NCBI GenBank assembly: GCA_040954595.2
Contig: CM082580.2
Location: forward strand, 13,566,242 to 13,630,241
DNA length: 64,000 nucleotides
Direction: 5' to 3'
Source: Balanoglossus misakiensis
Taxonomy: Eukaryota > Animalia > Hemichordata
This document shows, piece by piece, positions 13,301 through 28,116 of this stretch. Both the position numbers and the translations under genes were made by a program. The notes beneath the pieces were generated by a model, which was given only the letters and a program-made list of their open reading frames with translations, did no database searches and had not been told where the DNA came from. Positions within the stretch are counted from its first letter, which is position 1. The number at the start of each line of letters is the position of its first letter.

Positions 13301-14572
13301 GACCCTGTGAACTTTGACCTGTTGGTCTCATGACAGTGACTTGTGACAGTATCTATTTCAGTCTGTTTTACATATCCAACTTTGCTGTTGACTTAACAGG
13401 CCAAAGATCTTCCAACATTTAAAGATAATGACTTTGTCAATGAGAATCATAAAATATATATCGGAGCAGAGAATAAAGAAGAATTTCTATCACAACTGAA
13501 GACAGATGTTGAGGTAGGTACAAGTTTTGAAAACCGTGATTCATATAAAAAAACAGTCAGAACCAAGTTTGGAGGTGGAAACATTGTGTTTTTAATGAGT
13601 CTCAATGTTTCAAAGAGTGTACATGTATCTGAGTTTCCACTTTTCTCCATCGCCAGTTTTTGTCCGAGTTGAAACTGATGGACTACAGTCTGCTGGTTGG
13701 TATCCATGACATTGATAAGGCAGAGCAAGAGTTGCAAGAAGAAATGGAAGTGGAGAGTAATGGAGTGGAGGAGGAAGATGATGACAGCGGAAGTAACACA
13801 GCATTTACACCTCCAGATAGTCCACTGCCTGGTCATACATTTCAGATACCCCATCCAGGCCACTACGACACCGATGTGGATATCTTTGGCTACAGAAGCT
13901 CACAAGGTAAATCGTTTAAACTTACCACTGTTGAGACCCCGCCCAGAGATGTGGTTTCTACAAGCTTCCACCCCCATTTCCCTCAGTAGAGGTCCAGCAT
14001 TATCCAAGAAAACAATGAAGATGGACCAAACCAATGTGGTGAAAGGGTTCATGTGTTTTGTGTGGGTACATGTAGAGAGGTTGTGTGCAGTAGAGAGAGT
14101 TTAGAGAATGGTTCATGGTTCCAACCTAATTTTTCCTCTTGATATTTTCTTTGTTAAATTCTACAGAAGCACCGCGGAAAGAAATCTACTTCATGGCACT
14201 TATAGATATTTTAACCCATTGGGGAGCAAGAAAAAGGGCAGCACAGGCTGCTAAAACAGTCAAGCATGGGGTAAGTGTGAAATATCTGTAAGGATACTTG
14301 AATTTCATTGTGCTAATGATCTTTGACCTTTAACCTCTTGTGAGATTTCATGCAGTGAATCAATCTGTTGAATTTCTGCCCATGCAAATGTCAGATGCCA
14401 GTTAACAAAAATGTAACCAGGCAGTGAACTTTGACCTGGGAAGGACAAGCGAAACATCATAGTTGAAGTTGTTTGATTTCATCTCTCGCAGGCCGGAGCC
14501 GAAATCTCAACAGTGAAACCAGGACAGTACTCCATACGATTCCTAGAATTCCTTGCCAACATCATAGAATGA
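7400..14572 (+). CDS. PIP4K2: Phosphatidylinositol 5-phosphate 4-kinase type 2, 396 aa. Exons 7400-7507, 10493-10590, 11602-11698, 12272-12424, 13089-13274, 13400-13513, 13657-13906, 14167-14270, 14492-14572; long 3' UTR, AATAAA near 17437
   Basis: [95 protein letters not shown] (type II activation loop); 1191 nt in frame. Confidence 0.96.
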
Positions 14573-17500
14573 TGGCAACATTCCAGCCGGCAAAAAAAAG
14601 AAACACAGTCTTGACATTCATTGATGGTCAACTTGAACTCTCTGGACAACAGCCTGTGGAGTTGATATCTTCCAGGCACGTGCATGTTTAATAGAGGATG
14701 ACTCAGATGCTTGTTGGTGTGTAGTCTGACTGTTGCCTTGGTTACAGTTAGGTGAGGTAACTTGCTGACGCTGCAGTCAACATTTGCATGGAAACTGTAA
14801 AAAAGCATATATCCTAAAGTTTTGATTATATCATGCATTTTGACTAGATATAGCTGAATTTGTGCCAGTCCCTAAATGGTCCAGTTAATTAATAACACTG
14901 TGGACTGCACATCTTATTTCACCAAATTAATTTTTTTCATAACTTTGTACAAGACCGCTTTGTCAGCTGGGCAGGCGCTGCCCCCATCTCTGAGATCAGT
15001 TTCATAATTATGTCATAAGAATATGTATTTTTATATTTTTTCATAACACATTTTTCTTTTAAGTTGCTTTGATTTTCAATCCAGTGCCCAGTAAGTAATT
15101 ATGTCTGCCATGACCCAGTGCAAGTCGGAAACCAAATCAGTTTCAAAATTTGTCGTTTTAGTCTATTTTGATAAACTTTTGAGACACCACATGCCTTTGT
15201 GATTCCTACTTCGACAACTAAATTATCAAATCAATTGTCTTGCTTGTGAAATTTTCACGTTGTTGCTGTGGTCATTTCCCTCCACCTCTGTAGACATAAA
15301 TTTTGTTTTCGTCTATTTTCACTTCCAACATTCTGCTAGCCCCTCGTGCAAATGGCAACCTGGTGAAGCAAGTTGAAAGGCAACTTCTGGACTTCTTTAC
15401 AATTTTAGTGCAATCTTTGATATACCCTATAGTAATGTTGTTGTAGCAGACATAAAGTGAATTATGACTGTATAATAAATCATTTTTTTTACTTGTCAGT
15501 ATTAGTATTGTTAGGATTAATAGAACCAATTAATGAAAGAAACTTTCCAAGGAATTTGTATGTCGTATCCAGATTAAAAAGACTTACATTTAGACTGCCT
15601 GATTTAAAAATCCCATAAAAATGGCATGCTTCGACAATACGTGATTTTTGATATGTAACATTAGAAATTCACATTTTCTCAATGTACTGGTATCTACTGA
15701 TAATTGATCCAAGTGGCTTCACTCTGCTTCAAACCTGTTCATATCTTCGCCTGCACTGGTCTGTTGTAGTCTTTTTATTTACACAGTGATGGTAGTTCAG
15801 TGGTTGTGCTGTTATGTTTGTGAAATCCTGGCCGGGCAGTGTCTTTGCTCGCTCTGCAAAGGTACCACCACTCTTCTGCTAGTGGCCCATACATCACTGG
15901 ACTTTCCAACTGAAATAGTACGACCCAAGTCTTCTCACATGACAATCAGCACCTTCGTGAGAAATGTTTCTTGTCATTGTTATTGTGAATCAATTTATGT
16001 GAATGGCTGTTCAAGTCGTAAAAATGGTATTTATGGAAGAAAAATTCTATAAAACATTCAGTGGTACATTGTGAAAATTTGCAGACTTGTATTGCAGTGG
16101 GCAATGAGTTGTAATTTTTGGCATTGATTGAAGGCACTTGATTTGATGTGGTGATTTCCATGTGTTTTTAAATTGGTGAGATTGGTGTGCCACTTTGTGT
16201 ATGTGTTCCTTGCAGCTGCTTTAACACACAGGTGATTGACTCACTGATGCATAACAAGAAATTTAAATGTTTGTAGATCACAAAAAGCCAGTGGATGTTA
16301 TGCCGATTGTAGTAACAGCATTGTGTTCGTGGAATTTTTTTACGATGTGTAGATGTTTCAAGCTGGTAAAAGTAATGGCGTAATATGTGTTAGTCTCCAG
16401 AACAGAACAGCCAGAACAATCACCAAAGCTTAAGACAGGGCCTAACTCTACATCTGATTTTAATCAGATTTGTCAGAACCCAGCAAAGACAGTGTCAGAT
16501 GAAATTTTAAAAAAATGATCCATGTACCAGTGAGCCGCTTGGCAGGAGAGACCACCTGTCCATACTGATTGCAAAGATTTGCTTGATGAGTGTTTTGTCA
16601 AATCATGATGATTCTGATGACATAGGCACAGTAGTTGAACAATACAAGAGAAGAAAATTAGTATATCTGTTATCAGGCACTCAGTGCATATTTGGTCAGA
16701 ATGTGCCTCTGCTCATCCCCTATACACCTCACAAGATTTTGATATAAAAATTTACTGAATTGAGCTTGATTTTTTTATTTTGAACCGTGGATAAAAATCC
16801 ATTTTGAGCACATCTTGTCAGATGAATTTCACCGAGATTCTGTCTATCTGACATGTTTAGCGCACACACTGTCTAAGGTTATCTGTCTGCTATTGGTTCA
16901 AGATAATGTAAATAGATTGTCTTGGACAACATACCCAAGTAGATTGAACATAACTATGTCACTGTCATTTTTATGGTATCACAATATGGTATTTACAAGT
17001 TAGAATGTGTCACTTCATGTCTTCTCTTGCAATGTACATGTAATTACTGCTGCTTTTATTTCCAAATCAGAACAAAGTCCACTTTTCTTAGAGGAGAGAA
17101 ATTTTAGACCCTCTATCATGCATCGAAACTTTGATGGCACAACCGATTTTTCCCGCCATTATTCTAGCTGATGACGCCACAGTCTGTCTATAGCTTTCTT
17201 ACATAGACTGGTGCCGAAGGCCCTCACCAAATATCCTAATAAGAAAGCTTGACATTCGATTTGAAGCCATCAAAGGTGCACAGTCCAATATTCTTGTCAG
17301 CACATACAAGTACAATATTGTCTGTCTCAATTGCATTTTAGATAAAAAAAACAAAATGTAAAACCTGAGGTAATTGTTGTAAATGTAGTGGTAGATTTAA
17401 CAAGTGTCACAATTTTTAAAACTTGTTCTGTGAAGAAATAAACTGTATGGAAAAAATAGTGCTTCCTGTTTTTGTTTTACAACTCATTCAAGAGGCAAGG

Positions 17501-17830
17501 CCAATATGTTTTATTTATGAAAAAATCACAGAGAATATTACAATGAGGCACTCAATGGTGTGTGCTACTTATAATTGTCAAAATTTGATTTAAAATATAT
17601 GTACAATAGGTAAAATTGTGAAAACTACTCCATTGATTCTGATTTAGAATGAACAGTCCAATCTCCATGATGGGCACCATACAATGAATATCTCCAATTG
17701 CTTGTTATTCTGGACACACTTGATGATTGCATTTCTGATCATATTTTGTCGAATGTTTCTGGCCACTTAAAGGGGACACCAACAGCTTCTTCCTGTCGAA
17801 CAAAATCCTCCACTGCGTTCATGATACTCT

Positions 17831-19294
17831 CTACCAAATGAAAGGAATCAGTACAGCTGTGTTCTTCATGTACTGCTGGTATGCTGGATTGCTGCCATAT
17901 CTCTTGAGGGCGCTCTTCTCCAGCAATGGAATGCCACTGACTCTAGTGATCAGGTACGCCACAAACATTGGCGACAGGATGCTGGCATACTGGTATCCAG
18001 ACATGATGTTAGATGCACTGATGAACAAGCCAGACCACAGCAGTATTTCACCAAAATAATTGGGATGTCGACTTATGCTCCAAAGGCCAGTGTCTATCCA
18101 TCTTGTCTACAACCACAATGAAAAGAATTTTGGTTGATCAAGCTACATGTACACAACTATTACAGAAAGCTGTACTGGCTTCCGTTCTGTAGAAACTTAC
18201 CGCATTGTCAGGATTACTGCGAAAGGAAGATTTCTGATAATCCGATATGGCTTCCATCAGAAAACCGGTTGCCCATAGTGACCAGCCCACATAATCTCTG
18301 GTGGTCAAGGCTTTGTCTTTCTTCTCTGAGTTCAAGATCATGGTCGGCAGCAGGGTTATCCATACCCACAATGCTGTTTGGGAGAGAAAAACAATTTTGC
18401 CTATAATTAATTTTCAAAGACTCATTGCAAAAAATATGTAGTTATGATTCTTTGAAGACAAATTGGGATGTATTTGTCTGCAATGGGGAGTACTGTTGTA
18501 AAATACCTTGTACAGTCCAATAGATGAAAAACACTGAAGGTTTATCTCTGATTTTATTGAAGCGATAATCTTTACCCTCCTTCAGAACTCTGGTGAAGAG
18601 ATAGAGACCAAGTCTGCAGAAATGAAAAAAAATATATATTGTTGATAAATTGATCATGGCCACTACTGGTAAAAAGTGAAATTTTCTAGAGACAAGCTAC
18701 AAATCACAATAGATAATATATGAACACTTGAGAAGTTGAATGTCCACCATTTACTCTTGGAATAAGTACCTGAGTCCCCACATCACAACCATGCCACTTT
18801 GTATCTTCTGCCTGGTAAAGTAAGTCTCTCCCCATCGTAAAGTTTGCAAAACTAGGAATACAAACGTCCCTGATCCTGAAATATACAAGATAACATTAAT
18901 CATCCATGCAAACCACATTGATTGTGACCTTTGCACTTTCTCAAGATATTGTATTAATAAACTTGGAGGAATTGATGATTACATCAGATGATGGAGTAGC
19001 AGATCACAGTTGTAACAAATATAGCAAGGTCGATGATCAATCATGTCATCACCTCGGGACTGATATTCTGCCATCTGAGCAAGTACATGTACTAGTATGT
19101 GAGCCGCCATCAACATCAACTGTACAAAACTACATTAGTACTTATGAGTTATGCTATACATGTACATGTACATTACCTGCCAAATCATAGAATTTCTCCG
19201 TTTGGAAGTACGCGGCTATAGCAAACAGGCCCCACTGAATTCCGACATCATATATCAAGCTTCGGATCAACATGTTATCCATGAGACCCGCCAT
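17831..19294 (-). CDS. DUF1295 / steroid 5-alpha-reductase-like multi-pass membrane protein, 259 aa. Exons 19294-19177, 18875-18770, 18613-18507, 18373-18201, 18106-17831
   Basis: QTEKFYDLAGSGTF, WGLRLGLYLFTRVLKEGKDYRF, EAISDYQKSSF, GLWSISRHPNYFGEILLW, SGIPLLEK are DUF1295 family motifs; 780 nt in frame. Confidence 0.88.
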
Positions 19295-19446
19295 TTTAGA
19301 GCTTATTTGTCCCATAGTGTTACGAAATGTCAAAGATACGTTACGTAAGGGACATCGGTACGTATTGTGTGTTTACGACACGTGACTAGTCACCTGACAA
19401 AGGTTAGAGGTCATTCGAGGACACACTGCACTGTGAAGACAACCTG

Positions 19447-21658
<2,212 letters not shown>

Positions 21659-22392
21659 AATATCCTCACAGTTATTCATGAGTTAGCATGCATTAGTGTG
21701 ATTTCAATTATTTTACAAGTTGGGATCAAGTCTTCACACTTGACATACAAGTATTAACCACTCCTGTGAAACCTGTCATTTTTTCTCAAATAATGACAAT
21801 TTATTTCCTTCTGCTTTACAACAATCAGAAAAATGATACAGAAACTATATGAAGAGTTACCCTGTTTTGTGAAAAGTGCAATCAAACGTACTCCCAAAAA
21901 TTGTTCAAAAGACAACTGCAAAGTGCTCAAACTGTTTGCATTCTGAGAAAAAATGTCGAGTTCACTCACTCAAAGACCACACAGCATTTGTTTCTATGGT
22001 CTATGATTAATCAGGGCACATACGTGCTCGCTATGCCCTGCGGGTTGAAATGTCGTGTACTTGAACTAAATCGATCGTGCGAGCTGCGCATGACGCCAAG
22101 TTCCAGATGCTGGGATAATTAATTGGTGGTGTAAACAGCGGATAGTACTTTCACCTTCTACAGAAGATAGAGCATCGATCCTCCAGTGACAAAAAATTCA
22201 TTCAAAGCGATCTCGCGTCGTCAAGTTAATGTGAGAACGAAACCAAATGTCGTTTTCTCCCCGTGAAAATTGCTTCTGGTTGAAAAAAACAATTCTTCAA
22301 TTATCTGCCTATCGTAACATTCCGCCTGGTGTAGAGCGTTCACAGGTGTTGTAAATATTTTAAAAAGTCGCATTCCAACATTTTTGTGAAAT

Positions 22393-23708
22393 TCAGGTCC
22401 TTTGCCCGTGATGATGTGATGACGTTGAAGCTGAACTCACTCTTCTAGCCTTGCCAATGCGGTATCTCAAATATGCCAAAACTCCCACGATGAAGAAAAA
22501 CACAAATCCAAAAACGGCAACGCATACTACGATGGTTACTATGTCAACCGGTCGTAAACCCGTATTCCCGTTTCTTCCATTCGGCGGCGACTCAGTCAAG
22601 TTGGTGGCCGGTGATGACGTCATTGTCATGTTGCCAGTGTAGACCATTCCATCGGTCGTCAAATCTGTGATGTTCGCTTAAATTGGAGCGAGAAAAAAAT
22701 CACATATTAAAAGAAAGGTTTGCAATCTTAGCGAAGTTTCTCAAATTTTAGATACATGTAATAGCATTTCTAAGCCAAATGCAAACAATACCAGTTTTAA
22801 TAAATTTATTGCGCGCGTATAAATTGCAAAAAGTCGCCGGAGTGCGTACCAAAGTTTCATCATGTTTGTGGAAAACTAAAAAGAGGATTTTCTCGTCGTC
22901 AAAACATCTTGAAAATGATAGCGAATGGTTCTACACTGCAGTCAGGATCTAGGCCGAAACTGTCAGTTAATATATCCAAAGGTTAGGTTATACCAGCTAT
23001 CCAAAAATAGTTCGATGAGGACAGACTATTCCGCTCTTTTTTTTCCAACTTTCCAACAACACCGACATCTTGGTGTAATATCACTGTTAAAATAGCGCAC
23101 GTCACACAGTCGTCTTTTACGGACTGAACCATGTGCGCATTCTCTACATTTATTTAGTAGCCACACGACGACGTGAACATTGATCTAGCCAAGTTATCGA
23201 ATAGCAGTTCGGGGGCCTGGAGAAGGTTTTGTGCCGAAGCGTATAAAGTGTTCGTGGCATTTTCTTCCCGAGGAAAGAACTGCGCTAAACGGCACAAAGT
23301 TACACTTTCGTTTACTTCCCTGTAAGATTATATTTAAGATCTGATAGGCTTGGGGCAATGGATGTCAGAGTTCCTTGATAAAGTCTTCTGATATGTTCGT
23401 GTCTGGAGAAAAAAGTGCTTGGCTAACCATAAAGTACTTTGTGGGAAAATTCAATATCTTAATCGCATGTTAATGGTTCATCAAAGGGTTTCGAGTTTCG
23501 CTTCCAAGTGTCGTTCGAATCATGTTTGAGCAAAGTTTACAGTGATTGAATTAACTGCTGTAGTCTTACCTGATTGTGTAGAGGTGCTTGCTGCGGCTGA
23601 TTCGGCGATGGACACGAAAAGTGAGAGTATCAAATAAGACGTCTCCACTGGAATAACGTAAGACAGGGTTGCACATGCATGCGCATACTTCTTCAGCAAC
23701 GAAGCCAT
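22393..23708 (-). CDS. Orphan small type I single-pass membrane glycoprotein, 140 aa. Exons 23708-23570 and 22676-22393
   Basis: ATG in aagATGG context; donor G|gtaaga (phase 1) joins acceptor aag|CG in frame. Product has a hydrophobic N-terminal segment, an S/T-rich ectodomain with NIT/NMT/NLT sequons, a TM helix (IVTIVVCVAVFGFVFFFIVGVLAYL) and a basic stop-transfer RYRIGKARR. Confidence 0.7.
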
Positions 23709-24084
23709 CTTGAATTTTTCAACTGGTCGTCAGTTCAGTGGTCGAGTATTTCATCTACTAGCTCACTTTTCATGGCAGTCACACGAGATATGTATTATTT
23801 TACCCCGGGCAAATAGTGTTGGCGATTCGGAAACAGGGAAATTCACGTAGAAAAATAAAATACCAGCAAGGAAGAGAGAGAGAGATGCAGCCAAGTACAA
23901 ACCGAACGGAATGAGCTGAATAATGTGATCGATCTTTTTATACATCGATGCCGTTCAGGTCGTAGCATAAGTTGACCGCTCAGCATTTGTCGAGTACTCA
24001 GAAATCGGTCGAATCGGTTCTGGAAACATTACATGCGAATAGACAAGTCCCTCTTGATTTATCAGGGGAAAGTTTTCAGTCTCG

Positions 24085-24097
24085 GTTGCCTAGTAAC
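24085..24097. promoter_or_regulatory. Consensus-like RFX X-box between the orphan TM gene and NEK10
   Basis: GTTGCC-T-AGTAAC, about 380 bp upstream of the orphan gene ATG. Confidence 0.55.
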
Positions 24098-27000
24098 CAG
24101 CAGACGCCCAGGGGCTATATTTTGCGCGCTATTATTAAAGTTTCCAGATCTTTAAATTTCTAGTCATAACGTAAGTGCCATAAGACACCTGCGGCAAACA
24201 AACATTGCTCGCTGCTCGAAAGTTGGTTAAAAAAACTTTTGTCACCAGAGAAATTTCACTAATTTTGCCAAGTCTTTAAATAATTACATGTAAAAACCAT
24301 CCTCTTAATTCCAGTCATTGCTGCGCCGTTGTATTGAAATCCGATGCGAATCACCTCTGCTCAACTCATATTGATCAGGAGGAGAGACCAGCTGTCAGGT
24401 GAACGAACCAGTCTCAATCGACAATCTAACCATACCGACACAGTTCTGAATAGTTGCGTGTTGACAATATGAAGTACTCAGAAATCGAAACATTATTGTA
24501 TAATGGAAAGGGAGGACAAACAAAAGCACTTTATATTAAACATAATCAGAAATTCATAAAGCGGAACCCACATGAATATCAATCCCAGTTTGCCTTTCAT
24601 CATGATCAGTTGTAGTATCTATCAGAATAGTAGGCCCGGCGCATTACGTTTTATTTTGCATTTTATTCATACTATCGTTTTTTTGGATACACATTCTGAG
24701 TTCACAAAAACACACGCAATAAAAATTGTTATTCTGACTATTTGTTGCCAACGATGTATTTTTCAAAGAAACCGTGGGTGGCGCAATCACTCGACCCAAT
24801 CTTTTTCCATCAGAGCTAGGGAAGATCCATTTGCTTTCCAGGGGCACTTTTTTGTTAATATACAGTCTACTTATAAATTATTTTCTACTTCCTTTATACC
24901 CAACTAGGGAAAATACAACTCTCCTCATCCCCCCAAAGAAAGAAATAAGTTAATGCGTATATTTGTGCACTCTGGTTAAATCTGTATTGGCGCCAGATTA
25001 TTTATTTAACCTTTAAAAAACGTAAAGTCTTGTGATTCGATCCTACCGGATAAACGGATATACATTTGTATATTTCTGCGCTGCAAAAATGTTTGCTATT
25101 GAAATAGGTCCGACCACCATTCAGTTGAATGTTTGGCGTGGCCATGATAAGTCCAAATGTTACGGTTGGTTTATTCCGGGTAATTCAGTTTTGAAGGACG
25201 GTATAATCATTTCACTTTGGCATTTTACATTGTAACACTCCTGTTCCACTGTTTTCCTTGCTGAAAAATCTCCCACTCCCTCGAAATCAAATGGTTTTCT
25301 CTTTTATGGTTGTCGAGTTCAAGGAGAGATCACAGTACGTGATTATTATTTTAAACTGTCAGACACCCTGGGCGTGGTGCCATCTATTGAAAATTGATGT
25401 TGTTATTTTGTACAAGAGAATTTTAAGGATTGGGTGAATTTATTTCACATTTCCGAATGCTAGAATGCAATTATTTTGTTAAAATTCTGCCTGTTCGTTA
25501 AGTGGTGTAAAGTTCATCTTGTGTCGCCCACATCTCATTTGTCAGGAGCTATTCAAGATTTGCATATCAATACAGTGACGTCAGGGGATCCTTGATAACG
25601 TAAATACCTATGTGACTGAAGGCTCACGGCTGATCGCAACGACAGGACCGGCATTTACGACAAAACGAGGTAAAATCTGTCTGTAACAAACCTATTTGGA
25701 ACAGGAGGACAACTCTTAGCAGGTCTGTTGTTAGCGCACGGTTGTCACCAACCCAAGTGCTGTTTGGATCACACTGTCGCGTCAAGTAACTAACGGTAAG
25801 CGATCGGTTGCTCAGGACGCCATCTTGAACTTTCTCCGCAGGACAATAACACTGTTTATTGAAGGTTGTTACAGTAGGCCATTAATGTTTTTGAAAAAAA
25901 TAATTTCCGATGGCACTTTCTTGCAGTTTAGAAAAACGATATAAATGTCACGACTATAGACGTATCTGCGTGGCATGACAATGTCGCGTAACACGGTGTA
26001 CTAATATTTCCGCAGCTATGCTGTCAGTGAGATATTGACAGTCTGAGTCTAGTTCCACTGGGGCAACGGATTCCCAATCAAGAGTCCAGCTTTAATAACT
26101 CCCAAATTGCCATCCAATAAAACATGTCAGAGCATTTTTCCCGATCCATTGCGTGAAAAATAGCATTTTTCAGAAAATTGTGTAATAATCATAATTATGT
26201 GTATCACCGCAGATAACCTAGGGCCATGAAATTAACATTTTTAAGTGCGCCTGCAATCTACATGTTATTAAAATTTTAAGGTTTTCGTTATTTTTACAAT
26301 TTAACGAACAACAGAATGAGTACCCTGGCAAAAGATTACGTCACCCATAAAACAAAAGGACTGATTACATTGTTCAATTGTGAACAGGCAATCACACATT
26401 TTGTAAATGATACTAGTATAAAGGTACAATTGCCTACTCAAGGCGTCTACCACACAGGTAAATAATCAACCAAGACTGCAGTATTACGTTTGGTAAATAC
26501 CACGAACAACGGACATTGGGACAGGTTAATATTTGACTAAATATTTTAAAAGAAGAAAATCTTCACAATATTCCACACTGGACATAAGGTTTTGTGTGGC
26601 CAAAGACCTAAAAAGACAAGCAATTTGTAAGAAATGGTGACATAAACAAGCATGAATAATTTATTATAACCTGTGCAGGGGTAGGAATAGGCAAGTTCAG
26701 TCACAAACATCAACGGTTGATTGTGGCCATACATTTTTTATTAGTTGATCGCATGGTATAAAATTTCAATAGCAGTTTGACTGAACTAATTGCAATCACT
26801 ATATCAACACATTTTATGAGTGCATTAGGTGACAACTATAACCTCGCTCTCAGTTCAACTGTCTCGCCACATTACTGAAAGAAAACTCGACATTTAATAA
26901 AATACAGTAAAAAAGGCACAGTTCCAACTGGGCAGTTGCAATGCTATATGTTTGTATAGGTCTCAACAAGTGTTTACCATGAAGTTTGATGAGGGATCAT

Positions 27001-28116
27001 CCTTGACCTTTGACCATTTCAAAATTTGTAGTTCATTTGATTTTCTGACTGGCTTGAGAACAACAGTATAATAACAATGATCAGACTGTGCATTCATGGC
27101 CCGGTTTATTGTTTCTGAGTGTGCTATTGTGTGGGTGCAGTTCTGACTGTGAACCCCATAGGAAGTCCCTGTCACGTCACTTGATTTGTCATCCTTTGCC
27201 TCTGTTGTGTATGCAATGAGTGTTGACCCGTAGATAACCTTTGGTATGTCCAAAGCCAACAGATTCATCTGATTGTGACTTGGGCTGTTTCTTTGTAAAT
27301 TCCAAGATTAGCTCGGTCAGTCTTGTGAACATGATGTATAAATGTGCATGGTGACTGACCAAAAGCAGGGCAAAACTTAAGTAGGGTTAGGCAGGTAATA
27401 ATACTGTGATAAACATCCCCTATTTTACAAGACCTGCTTCAGTCCTCAGAATCTACAGTTACCCTGATCCAGTCATATTCATCATAAAACTACCATTTAA
27501 TTTTTTTTTACAATACCATCAATCAAGAGATCTGTTGCAGAGTTGTTTTGTGTAGCAGCTGATAATTGAAATAATGAATGCGTGGTAATATGTCTAATGC
27601 TAACATTATTAGTTAATGTACTGTTCAACTAATTGGCAATTGAATTAGCTTATTATCATATTATGATACCGAGGTCATTTGAGTCTGTGAGTGTGTTTAA
27701 TCTGGGTCAGCAGCCTGTTACAGCAGTATTGTATATACTGGATAGTTTAGATTGGTACAGATATTAAATTGACAGTACTCATGAAGAGTTCAAACATTGC
27801 ATTATTGGAATTGGGAAAAGGCAAACATTTGACCCATTTTGTTAATTTTTTCTTCATGGCACCCTTGAAAAAGATGATGTAAAATTGATATATAACTTGT
27901 AAGTATACATTAGGATTTAATTTTGGATTTTCTTTTCTTCTCTGACAGACTGGTCGTTGGTTCCATTGACCTTACAAAGCAGGGCCACAGATGGTCCCTG
28001 AACTCTGGGGATGAAAGTGGGGTCAAACAAAGCAGCCAATAATGGTGAAATTGGATAACCTGTATGTCTGATAGTACCAGCCTGCCCTCTTAGCTTGTCA
28101 CCAACAACTTGGGGAA

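Noticed and set aside
23763-23945. Hydrophobic 60-aa ORF upstream of the orphan TM gene
   Set aside because: Lies in the presumed promoter/5' UTR; no supported splice link or family motif, though a uORF role cannot be excluded.
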